A stretch of DNA of 64,000 bases from Sminthopsis crassicaudata (lineage: Eukaryota). The notes beneath the pieces were generated by a model. The model was given only the letters and a program-made list of their open reading frames with translations. It searched no databases and was not told where the DNA came from. A program made the position numbers and the translations under genes. Every line of letters starts with the position of its first letter. Within the stretch, counting starts at the first letter, position 1. The stretch covers positions 508,729,675-508,793,674 of the forward strand of contig NC_133618.1 in NCBI RefSeq assembly GCF_048593235.1, given 5' to 3'. This document shows positions 11,936 through 24,707 of this stretch, piece by piece.

Positions 11936-12939
11936 AGCTCATAGCTCATTTATGAAGTACCTTACAGTTATAAAGCATGCTAACTTCTCTCATCTTACTT
12001 TACTGCCTGAGGAGAGGTCTAGGAGTGTAAATATTATCTTATTTGGGGACAGTGAAACAGTTTAAGAGAGGGAAGACAATTTGTCCAAAATTGTACAACT
12101 TGTAATAGTTAGGATTGGCACTGGAATACACATCTTTAAGACATGATTTTGAATTCTCAATTTTGGGTAAAGGTAAGCTGTACTGAAGCCTAAACCAGTT
12201 GCTTTGAGTTTCCATTTGTAGCATAGTTTATTTTGAGCACATTTTATCACTTGACTTAAGCCAGTTTGTGGCTGGATTTAAGGCCTCATCTGTGAATTAA
12301 GATTAGTTGTAGGGACAAAATAAAGCCTGGTTACTTACCACTTGAATCAGCAATTTAGTACTGTTCTAAATAACTTTTCTGAGTTAGTGGGAAGGGAGCA
12401 GTGAAAAATGAAGATGAAACAGCAGATATTTTGATACTTGGTCTTCTGGATTAGGTATTAAATATACATGCTTCGAAATTAAACATTCTTTTTTACTTGC
12501 CTAAAAGAAATTATACATAGTTTGTTTTTACCTACATTTACAGAGGCCAATGTGGCACAGTAAGGGAATGGAAGGCTAGTTTTGAGTCAAGGTGACTTGG
12601 TTTCACCTCTCATACATATATGTATTTCCTCAGCTCTTCAGGCAACTCTGTGATTTTATTAATTACATATTTCTGTCAGTGGGGGAAATTTCCGTACTGG
12701 GAGCTTCCCATATAGAAAAAATTACGGTCTAAATCTGAAAAAGGAAATTGAAACGCCTATTTTAAAAATACATATTTTTGAACTTCACAGTATGTGTGGC
12801 ATTTGGGGAAAACTCCAAAATCCTAGAGTATGAGCCTGGCAAAAAGGACTATATCTATTTTCCAAGGAGTGACCTTGTTAAGTTTGGAATGGCTCATCCT
12901 TGGACTGGCCACATAGTGATTCATTAACAATTTTTAAAA

Positions 12940-13590
12940 TTAAATTTATCATCATTTTCTTGATAAAAGAAAGTATTTGTTTTTCTTCCTCTGATTCTTC
13001 TCCTGCCTTTTAAACAAACTTTTTAGAGCAAGAAAAAAAATCCTCCCAATAAATATTCACACTCAAGCAAAGCCAATTTCTACTTTGGCCATAACCAAAA
13101 ATGTATGTCTCATTCTATACCTGAAGACCATCAGCTCTTTGGCAGGATGTGGAGAGCAAGCCTCATCTTTATTCCTTGAGAATTATGGTATTTGATCAGT
13201 GTTCTCAAGTCTTTCCAAGTTGTTTTTCTTTATAAAATAGTTGTTGTGTAAATTGTTCTCATTCTGCTCATTTCATTTTGAATTGGTTCACATAGGACTT
13301 TTGACTTTTCTTAGAAATTATCCATTTCATCCTCATGGCACAATAATCTATTACATTTATATGCCGTAATTTGTTTAGCCCTTCTCCAGCTGGTGAGAGC
13401 TCCCTTAGTTTTCATTTTTTACTTTTACAGAATGAATTGCTATAAAAAAATTTTATAGCCATGAATATTTTTCTTCCTTTGATTTCTTTGGGGGATAGGC
13501 CTAGTGGTGCTATCACTGGGTAAAATGTTTCTATATACATTGGGCATATAGTTCCAAATTGCTTTCAAGAATGGTTTGACCAATTCAAAA
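12940..13590 (-). mobile_element. Old L1 3' region fragment
   Basis: Degenerate ...ggtaaaatg...catatagttccaaattgctttcaagaatggtt ORF2 end and 3'UTR; boundaries approximate. Confidence 0.6.
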
Positions 13591-13973
13591 CTCAATGATG
13601 CATTAATAAGGTGCAATTTTCAAAGAGTATTTGCTGTCACAGAGCAATTGTGATCTGTGTGGTTAGAGGGAATAAATAAGCATATGATAAAATCAGTCAA
13701 TTCTCAAGTTTGAAGTGCTGAATTAAGTTCGAGGTAGTCAGGGACCACAATTTTAACAATTTATTGGGTAATAGTATTAAATTGAATTTATTTTTATTTT
13801 TTTTGTGAAGTTGCTTTATCTAAAATATAATTTAGTCACATTCATGTCATTAAAAAATTAATTGGACCTTATGTTAAGATTAATTAAAATTAATTTAATT
13901 AACATTAAATTAATATTAATAATTAATAAATTTTTCTATTTTATTTTGGGAACAGGCCAAAGTTATATCAGAT

Positions 13974-14103
13974 ATGGATTTAGATGCAGAAAGAGAGAAG
14001 ATCACAAAACAAATCAAGAATCTAGAAAGGATTTTGGATCCTGACATTGCAACAATTGAAGTCGTCGTTTCTGATTCAAATCTCGATTCGAATTCAGAAG
14101 CAG
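13974..14103 (+). CDS. SNAPC4: SNAPC4 coding exon 1 (exon begins 13956)
   Basis: aacag acceptor ending 13955, ATG 13974, CAG/GTGAGT donor; MDLDAEREKITKQIKNLERILDP. Confidence 0.95.
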
Positions 14104-15714
14104 GTGAGTTTATATCTCACATTTCTTCTTGTCGTAGATCATTTATTGTTGTTTAGTGCTTTCAGTCATGTCTGACTCTCTGGACCCCCATTTGGGTTTT
14201 GTTGTTGGCTTTTTGTTTTGTTTTGTTTTTGGCAAAGATAATGGAGCAGTTCACCATTTCCTTCTCCACCTCATTTTACAGGAGAGGAAACAGGGCAAAC
14301 AGGGTTAAGTGGCTTTTCCAGGATCACCCAGCTAGTAAGTGTCTGAGGACAGATTTGAACTCAGGAAGAGGAGTCTTCCTGATTCTAGGCTCAGCACTCT
14401 GCTCAGTACTCTATCTGCTTTGCCACCTAATTTCTTGTCATAGATTATGGGCTTATAGATTTAGAATTTTAAAGAACCTAAAAAATTATAGCAGGCCTAT
14501 CATTTTACAATTGAGGAAGCTAAGGCCAAGAAGTTAAATAACTTACTTGCCTGCGGTCATATAGTTAGGTTGAGGAAGATCTATGATTTGAACCCAGGTT
14601 TTCTCATTCTAAGGCTTTATATATTACCTCACTAAGATACTCTCCTTCAAGGTGCAAAATTGAGGACTTACTTTGGACTTTTAAGAACGTCTGTCTTTAT
14701 GATTACAGATTGCTTTTAAACTATGATTGTGGAACCTTAAATTATTTTTTACTTAAAAAACATGCTTTAGCTAAGATGACCTTGATAACAAGACCATGTT
14801 TCAAGATAGTAGTTGTTTCTATTTACCACATCCTTTAACCATGGGGAAAAAAAGGAAAGAGAAAGTGCTCTTCTTTTTTCTTAGATTGGGATTTTTAATC
14901 ATTGGGTTTGTACCCAAAAGACTTTAGAGCTTGAACCCAAGTTCATGGTTAATAAGGTAGTACTATGCCAAACTATCCTCACTGAGCAGGTCCCTTTACC
15001 ATTAAAGAATAATAGAAAATCATGTGGCTTTTGCATATTAGGTATCCTGTGTAATTGAGTTGCTGCTGTATGTGAACCCTCATACTACCGGTCACAAGAG
15101 TGAGCATTAAAAAATTAAAACATAAGAGCTGCTCCCAGGAGTTTATAATTTGATTCACTATATGTGCAACCTAGATGGTAGAAGAAATAAACTTTTGGAC
15201 TTGGAAGTCAGGAAGGGTTGAGTTCAAATTCTGCTTCAAATGCTTGGATGATTTGTTCACTTAATGTTCCTTGGCCTTCGTTTCCTTTTCCATAAAATTA
15301 GGCTAATTATAGCATTTACCTCACATGATAATTGTAAAGATCAAATAAAATAACATGTGCAAATATGCTTTGCAAATCTTAAAGCACTATACAAATATAA
15401 ACTAGCTTATTCTCACTTATCAGACATATCAAGTCAGTTGTTAAACTTTGTCATTTTTCTTCACAGTATCCCTTGAATACCTCCCTTTTTTTCTATTCCT
15501 AAGCTATCCCTTCAGTTCCTACCCTTATCACCTCATGCCTGGACTATTACATTAGTTTGCTGGTTGGTCTTCTTGCTTTGTGTGTTTTCCCCTTTAGTCT
15601 ATCTCCACAAGATTTTATAAAGCATGGGATATATAATCAGAGTTTCCCTTTTACCTCCAGGATCAACTATAAATTCCCAACATTAAAGCTCTGCACAGCT
15701 TGGCTTATTTCTGC

Positions 15715-15765
<51 letters not shown>

Positions 15766-18700
15766 ATCTTGATATGTACTCTGTAATCCTGATATTATTG
15801 GCTTTCTAACTGCTCTGTACCCATGACGCTTCACTTTCTGTCTCCATGTCTTTACACTCATATTCCTCTATCCTTAAAATGCATTTCCTCCTTATCTCTG
15901 CCTGTTGGAATCCTTGGTTCCTTTAAGACTCAGTTCAGGCACCCACTTCATGAATCCTTTCTTGATTTTTCCTGCCTTCTCCCTGTCTAGTCACCTACTA
16001 ATAAACTTCCCAAATTATTTTCTATTCATTTTGTATATTTACCCTAAAGAAATGCGCGCTTCTTGAAGATAGGGACTGTTTAACATTTATCTTTGTAGCC
16101 TCAGCATTTTGCACAGTTTCTAGAACATTCTAGAACATTCATAGAAGTTCTTGTTTTACTAATTGTTTGTTAATTGATTGATCAAATTTGTATTTTGTTG
16201 TTGCATAATTATTTCAGTTGTGTTCAACTTTCCAGTATCCCATTTTGGGATATCTTTGACAAAGATGCTAAAATGGTTTGCCATTTCCTTCTAGCTCATT
16301 TTACAGATGAGGAACTGAGGCAGACAGGGTTAAGTGTTTTTTGCCCAGGATCACACAGTAAGTGGCTGAGGCTGGATTTTAGAGACAGGAAGATGAATCT
16401 TCCTATTATATAGAGCACTTGCTAGGTACTGGGAATTCATAGAAGAAATGAGACATATCCCTGGCCTTGAAGAATTGACTCTGCCTGTCATGTTCATAGT
16501 AAAAAAAAATTCATACATTTAAAAAAAAAATGCATGAGTATCCAAATAGGGCCATATTATTTTGTAGTAAGTCATGTTTTCATCATTCATTCATCTAAAC
16601 TCTTTATTTGCCTTTCTAACAGACTCCCTGGAAGATGAAAACTGGGATGAACACATTCATGTGGTAACCAACTGTCTTACTCTTCATCAAATGTTGATGA
16701 CTTCCTCATTAGAGAGGAAAGGGCCAGAGTGTTCTAGGATTGGGTTTTTGACAAGAAGTTTGTTAGAAATCTTTAGGAAGGGAGAATTGATGCTTTTGAG
16801 AGATCATGAGAAAGAATGTAATAGGGAAAAGTATCTTCAGATATTAGTAAGTCAGCATCTTTAAAATACTTAATATTTTCCTAGGATGAGCATAGTGTCC
16901 CATATCTCACTATAAATAACCATTCATTTCTGAAGTAGACAGTACTTTTGAGCTTCCACATTTTATCTCTTGTATAATATATTGTGAAGCCAGGGTTAAT
17001 TTACATACATGTTGTAAAGTTTCATTTTAAAATTTGGGCAGTAAGGGAACTAACTCCAAGTTTGTATTTGGCAAACTGTGGCACAAATGGTACTATGTAA
17101 GGCTTAGCCAAAAATTTTGGCTATTGTCTGGTTAGAATGATGCAATAACTTCTAAACCATTTAAAATTTGGGGGAAGTAACCTTCTATGATAAGAGTTTT
17201 TAAAAATCTATTAGGATTCATATTTTTATTTGAAATCTACTTTCTAATTTTACTACTAGCTGCAGTTCCCTGATTGAAGAAGGTTTTCAGTGAGGAATCA
17301 GAGCTAGAACTGTAGCAAAATCTTTTGTGGTGATAGTTACTGGGAAATTTAATAGGAAGAAGCTAGTTGGAGATGTTCAGATAGAAATTAGATAGTCACT
17401 TATAAGATAAATTATGGAAGGGATTCATGCTTTGGGTAAGGATTAAATCAGATGACATCTTAAGATCCCTTCCTGTTCTGAGAGTCTATGATTCCCTTAA
17501 GAGTGAGCGGAAAAATCCAGCATTTTTGATTTCCTTCCCAGGCTAATTGTACACTATTTCATAGTCCGATTCTTTTTGTACAAAAAATAACTGTTTGGAC
17601 ATGTATACATATATTGTATTTAATTTATACTTTAACATATGTAACATGTATTGGTCAACCTGCCATCTGGGGGAGGGAGGTCGAAGGAAGGAGGGGGGAA
17701 AATTGGAACAAAAGGCTTGGCAATTGTCAATGCTGTAAAATTACCCGTGCATATATCTTTTTTTTTTTTTTTTTACAAGGAGTTATCATCAATTTATTTC
17801 CAAGTAGAAGGCAGCTTTTTTTTTTTTTTTTTTAAATTCATTTTTCCAAATTATCCCCTCCCTCCCTCCACTCCCTCCCCCCGATGGCAGGTAATCCCAT
17901 ACATTTTACATGTGTTACAATATAACCTAGATACAATATATGTGTGTAAATACCACTTTCTTGTTGCACATTAATTATTAGCTTCCGAAGGTATAAGTAA
18001 CCTGGGTAGATAGACAGTAGTGCTAACAATTTACATTCGCTTCCCAGTGTTCCTTCTCTGGGTATAGTTATTTCTGTCCATCATTGATCAACTGGAAGTG
18101 AGTTGGATCTTCTTTATGTTGAAGATTTCCACTTCCATCAGAATACATCCTCATACAGTATTGTTGTTGAAGTGTATAGTGATCTTCTGGTTCTGCTCAT
18201 TTCACTCAGCAACAGTTGATTTAAGTGTCTCCAAGCCTCTCTGTATTCCTCCTGCTGGTCATTTCTTACAGAGCAATAATATTCCATAACCTTCATATAC
18301 CACAATTTACCCAACCATTCTCCAATTGATGGACATCCATTCAACTTCCAGTTTTTAGCTACAACAAAAAGAGCTGCCACAAACATTTTGGCACATACAG
18401 GTCCCTTTCCACTCTTTAGTATTTCTTTGGGATATAATCCCAATAACAGCAATGCTGGGTCAAAGGGTATGCACAATTTGACAACTTTTTGGGCACAGTT
18501 CCAAATTGCTCTCCAGAATGACCCATGCATATATCTTGTAAATAAAAAGCTATAATTAAAAAAAAAAAGAGAGAGAGAGAGAGAGAGATAGCTCTTTGGG
18601 AACAGCTCGTTTTGACTCTTTGGGAAGACAAAGTAAGAGAGATATCATTGGATATTAGTGATGTGTAATAATAAAACATATTAATGCTAAAAAAAAAAGT

Positions 18701-21700
18701 GAGCGAAAAATATTCAGTACTGATCTACAAAACAGTTATAGAAAGCAATCATAAGAGGAGAGGTAGGATATTCATTTGATCTAGGAAGAGCAGTTTATGA
18801 GAAGTTGGGACTAGAGAGTTTGGGGGGGGAAATGTTTTTCATTTTCCTGCACATGATTTTCTGCTTTTAATTAGGAGGAAGGAAGTTGGGGAGAAAGCGA
18901 TGAAGATGACGACTCGAAGGACCAAGTCCTTTCCAAAGATCCAGAGACCTGTTTACAGTTGAACATGGTGTATCAAGAAGTTCTTCAGGAGAAAATAGCA
19001 GAAATTGACTTGCTGCTAGCTCAGAATAAAGAGCAACAGGTATGACTGATGATCCCCAAAGCAGCAAGCAATGCAAAATAGGTTAAACATGTGTAATTCT
19101 TCTAAACACACTTCCATATTCATCACTATGCAGCCAATTTAAGTTTTAAGCCAATTGCAGCCTTCTTTAGCCTTTTCCATACTTAACCAGTGCAATTGTG
19201 TTTCATGATACCAGTCATGTGGCTTAAAAAGATCTCTGTGCATGCCAGTGATGCCCCACACTATCCAATCCCAATATGTTCCTCAAGCCTCAAGGCTACT
19301 TCATTAGTTGCAGTTAGTTGCCTTTTGGGTTTTTAAGCCACACATCCAAAAAAAAGAACTAACTAGCTTTCTGCCCAAACTTATAACTCTTTTCTACCTC
19401 TCTCTTTCTCTCAAAGGCACTACTATTCTTCCATTTTCTCCAGTTCATAATTTTTTTTTTTTTTTTTTTTTTTTTTGGGATTCTTCCTTTCCCTTCCTCA
19501 TATCCAATTAGCGGTCAATTCTTGCTATTTCTGTTTCCATGACATGTTTCAATTCTTATACCTTCTCTGTACCCATACAGCTACCACCTTAGTTTAGACT
19601 CTTATTTATTCTTTCATAGGTTATTTTAACTACCTGCTAATTGATCATCTTGCTTCAAGTCTCTCCCTATTTCAGTTCATCTTCCTCACATTTGTCAAAA
19701 TAATTTTCTGACTATTTCATTCCCTTGCTCAATAAACTCCAGTGACTTTCTATTTCCTCTGCGATCAACTTCTAAAATTAAAAATAAAATCAACTCCTAA
19801 AAATTAAACCTTTCACAACTAGACCCTACATTCATTATATCATCATATCCATTCAACAATCCAGCCAAAATAGCCTCCTCTCTGCCCTTCACACTGTTCC
19901 ATTTCCTGTCTTCCTTCTTGGAATGTGATTCCCTCATTACCAATATCATGTTGAATTCTTTCTCTTCAAAGCTTAGTTCAAGGATCACTTTCTAAGACTT
20001 TTTTGATGTCCTCAACTGCTTGTATTGCTCTCCCAAATCACTTTGCAGCAATAGCTACTTTGTATTTGTAATGTCTCCTTATATTTATTTTCTACATACT
20101 TAATTATATAATTGTTATCTCCCCTGTTAGAATGTAAGCTTCTTAAGAGTAGAGATTGTTTGTTTCATTGTATTTGCATCCTCAGTATGTGGCATATAGT
20201 ATGTACTAAATGAATACTTGTTGATAAATTGAATTTTTTTCAAATTCCAAGACCAATTTTGCTTAGTTCTAATGATTTTATAATAACAATTTTGAGCGCT
20301 CAACTTCCATCTATGTCTGTGCCACAGGAAGAAGTTATGTGGGATCTGGCTGGTTCCAAAACCCCAAAGACCAAAGATGGAAAAAGTCTCCCTTCAAATG
20401 TATTTGTGGGTCATTTTATGAAACCATACTTCAAAGATAAAGTCACAGGAATTGTGAGTACTTGTGTCATTTGTGTGGCTGTGAAAAGAATGTGGCTTTT
20501 CTAAATTCTTTATTTTAGTAGTACTATTGCCTGTGGATGTCCTTTAATTCATTTCTGTTAATGAATTTGTTGAAATTCAATGTAATTCTTCATCTCAAAA
20601 TTTCATCTTAAAAATGTTACACAGGGGGCAGCTAGGTGGCGCAGTGGATAGAGCACCAGCTTTGAATTCAGGAGGACCCGAGTTCAAATGTGGTCTCAGA
20701 CACTTAACACTTCCTAGCTGTGTGACCCTGGGCAAGTCACTTAACCCCAGCCTCAAAAAGAAAAAAAATGTTACACATGTATGTTTAAAATGATCTTAAA
20801 GTCTTCTTAATATGAATACAATTGTAGAATCTGCTATTTATGAATGACTTGCTTGGAGTTTTACCTAGAAAATCCAATCAAAGTAGTGAGTGGATTGTCA
20901 TCAGTTACTAACTAGGAGGCCGTATTTTCCTAAAAGACAGTCATAATTTAATTGGATTATGTGGGCATGGTTTAGCTAATCCAATCCAAAAGCTCTGTAT
21001 TACTTCAGTGGGGCTAAATAATGTTGGCATCCTTACTGGGATAGGAAAGTTAAACATAAATGTTTGCTTTTGAGAAAAGTAAACACATTGTTTCAAATGA
21101 AGGGGAACTGACCACTAGCTTGGGACCCTAAGACATGCCTATGTTGACTCCTTAGGTTAGTCCTGATCTACACTATCTTTTCCAACAGGGACCTCCAGCC
21201 AATGAAGATACACGGGAAAAGGCAACACAGGGCATCAAGTCTTTTGAAGAACTTATTGTGACCAAATGTAAGAGTTTGGGGTCACTTGGGGACTGAACGA
21301 GGCTTTTCTTTCTCCAGTAGAGCAATGCAAAGTTTTCTTCCTTGATGTTTTCCTTTGGAGCTTTGGCTCAAGCTGATTGATGATGTGACCACAGGAAACC
21401 ACTGCAGTTGTAGGCATAATTTTATTTGTAGCTATGTAGGTACTCTCATTTCAGTTATATTTTTGTTGTTCTCTTCAATTGTTTCCAACTCTTTGGACCC
21501 CCATTTTGGCTTTTCTTGGCAAAGATAACTGGAGTAATTTGCCATTTCTTTCTCCAGCTCATTTTATAGATGAGGAAACTGAAGCAAACAGGGTTAAATT
21601 ACTTGCCTAGAGTCACACAGCTAGTGAGTGTCTAATCCCAAATTTGAACTCACGTCTTTCAACTTCAGTCTCAGCACTCTGTTTACTATACCACCTAACT

Positions 21701-24670
21701 ACCCCGGTCACATTTTTTACTAGCCTCTAAATTGTCTTCATAATTACCAGAGTTCTTGTGATAATGATTTATGGCAGGATCTAGGGAGAAATAAAGTAGT
21801 GTGGTGCTAGTATTATTCCTTCTTTCTTTTTTATTTTCAGTTATTCTCTTTCTGCATTGGGGAGGAAGATTCATGCTTCAAAAAAGCATGATTTTATTGA
21901 GCCTTTGGCCTAATGGTGTAAATGATAAAGGATGGAATTTGCTCCCCCTCACCTATTCCTTATCAGCTCACTTTTTTCAAGATCATTGCTCAAACACATA
22001 ATGCTATTTTTTTCTCTCCCCAGGGAAATCTTGGGAAAAGACTTTGCTTAGGAAGTCGGTAATGAGTGACCATCTGCAACGTTTACTTCAACCCAAGTTA
22101 TTAAAGTAAGGTCTTTAACTTCCAGCCAATTATGGATTACCCAGTCTCAATTTACGTCCTATGTTCCCTTTGCTGGTCTCTAAAGTTTAAACACAAAGGA
22201 ATTTGCAATTTATCTGTTTTGGATATTAATTCATGCTTCTTATCCCACAGTGGCTTTGAATGACTTGATATAATTAATCTTTTGAGGAAATGCTTATGAT
22301 CATTTGTAACTATGAAACATTAGTTAAGTTGTAAGATAAGTGTAGGGCTTGGGATAAGAGAGATTCATATTCTATAAAAGCCATGTTTTTAACGGAGGAT
22401 ATCTAGATTGCTGCTTTGGTCCTCTGCACACAAGGTTAGCCAGCTCTTAAAGATTGTAAGTTCTATAACATTTTGAAGAATTGTTAGAAGAATTGGTTTA
22501 TACTCCATGCAACCCTTTGTTTGAAGTTAGGTCAAAAAAATTAAATGGTAAATGGATGTGTCTATTTTGGAAGGTGAAATACATACTGCATGACTGACAT
22601 CCTACCTTCAAGTAGGAATACGCCTAAAGTCAAATTTATATCTCTTATCAATTAGTGCTTGTTGGGAATGGAGAAGACTTGGTTTTACCATCTCTTATTT
22701 GTTTTGAATTTCAAATTATAATTTACTTCAAGCAGCTGCAGATTTTTAAAAGGTAGCTTTCTCTCCACTCTGCCTTGGAAGGCAGAGTTTTACTCTTTGG
22801 GACATAGAGGCTAGTTAATGTAGGGGGAAACCTTTCCTGCTTCAGGTATTATGTGAGACCAGATTGATGTTTCTCAAACTTTTTAGTTTAGAACCCATTA
22901 TTACCTTTTTAAAAATATTAAAGACCTTAAAGATATTTTATTTGTGTGTTTTATTTATCATAGTTACCATATTTTACATTAAAACTTAATAAATTTTAAA
23001 AATATTTGATTCATCTAAAAATAACAGTACATGTTAACATGAATAACACTTTTTATATAAAAATTATTTTCAAAAATTTAATGAAAAGAATAATATTGTA
23101 TTTTTTTATTTTTTTTGTGTGTGTATTTTTGCAAATCTTTCTAATGTCTGACTTAACAGAAGACAGATTGAGCATATTTACTTTTGCATTCAGTCTCTTA
23201 CAATATATTATTTTGATTTAACTATATGAAGAATATCCGTCCTTGCATTAGAAAAAGGAGTTTTTTAGTCAGCAAATCATGTTTTAGTATTACTATGAAA
23301 ATAGTTTTGACATCATAGGCCTCCTGAAAATGTCTTGGAAAACCATTTTTTGGGAACTGTTACACTTGATGATCTGTGAGAACCTTTCCAACTTGGAGAT
23401 CACATGAATCCACAAAGCTCCATATGGTGGCATAAGGAAGTAATCTCTGCTACAGGTTAACAACATAAGTTACAACATAACTTGCCAGGTCTTTCATTTT
23501 AAACCTATTTCACCATACTGTGTTAATCTTCAACAGGCTCGAATACTTAAATCAAAAACTTGACAAAATTAATAACTCAATGGAGAAGCAGATCTTGGAG
23601 AAGCAAATAAAGAACACTGAGAAAGAAATTGAGGACATCAAGTGAGATAATTCTTTGCTGTGACTTAATTTCTTTGCCCCTAAATAGTAGTAGATATGCC
23701 AGAATTAATAATGTTGCCATTGTCCTTTGCTCTAGTCAGCTACCAGAAGAGTCTTTGTTGGGGGATAGACTGGATGAGCGAGATTGGGAGAAGATCTCTA
23801 ATATTAATGTGAGTAGATATAATGTAATCATTCTAAGCCACCCTAGGATCAAAAGATTGTGTCATGGAAAATTAGGGAAATTTGTCAGTATTGCTGTTAG
23901 TGGATTCAGACTGTAAAAGTGTGCTTTTATTTGCATATGTTGTAATCCTGACCTGATAGAACTGCTAGAACATTAGCGTTTTTGTTTTTTTTCCTCTAGC
24001 TTTATAAAGTACTTTTTGGGACAGTTTAATAAGGTATTGAATAATAGATTATTTTAGGTAGAATTATAATTTTTATATTAACTCAAACAATATTGATATT
24101 CTTCCAGTTGTTTAGATCTAAACTTTGTTTGTATGAAAAGTGTTTTGTAATTGTGTTCATGTAGTTCCTGCCTTTGTCTTAGCATATAGACACCCAAATG
24201 GGTTTTATCTTTTTATCTCTTGCTGCTGGGTTTTGTTTGTAACTTGTAGAAATGCCAATGATTTATGTGTTTATGGGTTTATTTTATATAATGCAACTTT
24301 GCTAAAGTTGTTAATTATTTCTAGTAGTTTTTTAGTTGATTCTCTAAAGGTACCATCATATCATCTGCAAAAAGTTTTGTTTCCTCATTATCGTTATAAT
24401 TCCTTTTAGAACATGAGCTTTTAAATTTTGTTTTTAGTAATGGAGATGACCTTCCCTTTTTAATCTCCTTTTTTAAAAAATTATTTTCATGTCATTAATT
24501 ATTTCCTGATTACTATAAAGAAATTATAACAATTTAAAAAGAAAATGTGGAACTCAAAATGAGTAAAATGAGTAAGTGAGGCAGACAGGGTTAAATGACT
24601 TGCCCAGGATCACACAGCTGGTGTCTGACAGAATTTGAACTCAGGAAAATGAGTCTTATTATGGATGGGG

Positions 24671-24707
<37 letters not shown>

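Noticed and set aside
12684-12693. Palindromic NF-kB-like site GGAAATTTCC
   Set aside because: An isolated 10-mer inside a decayed marsupial repeat fragment with no supporting context.
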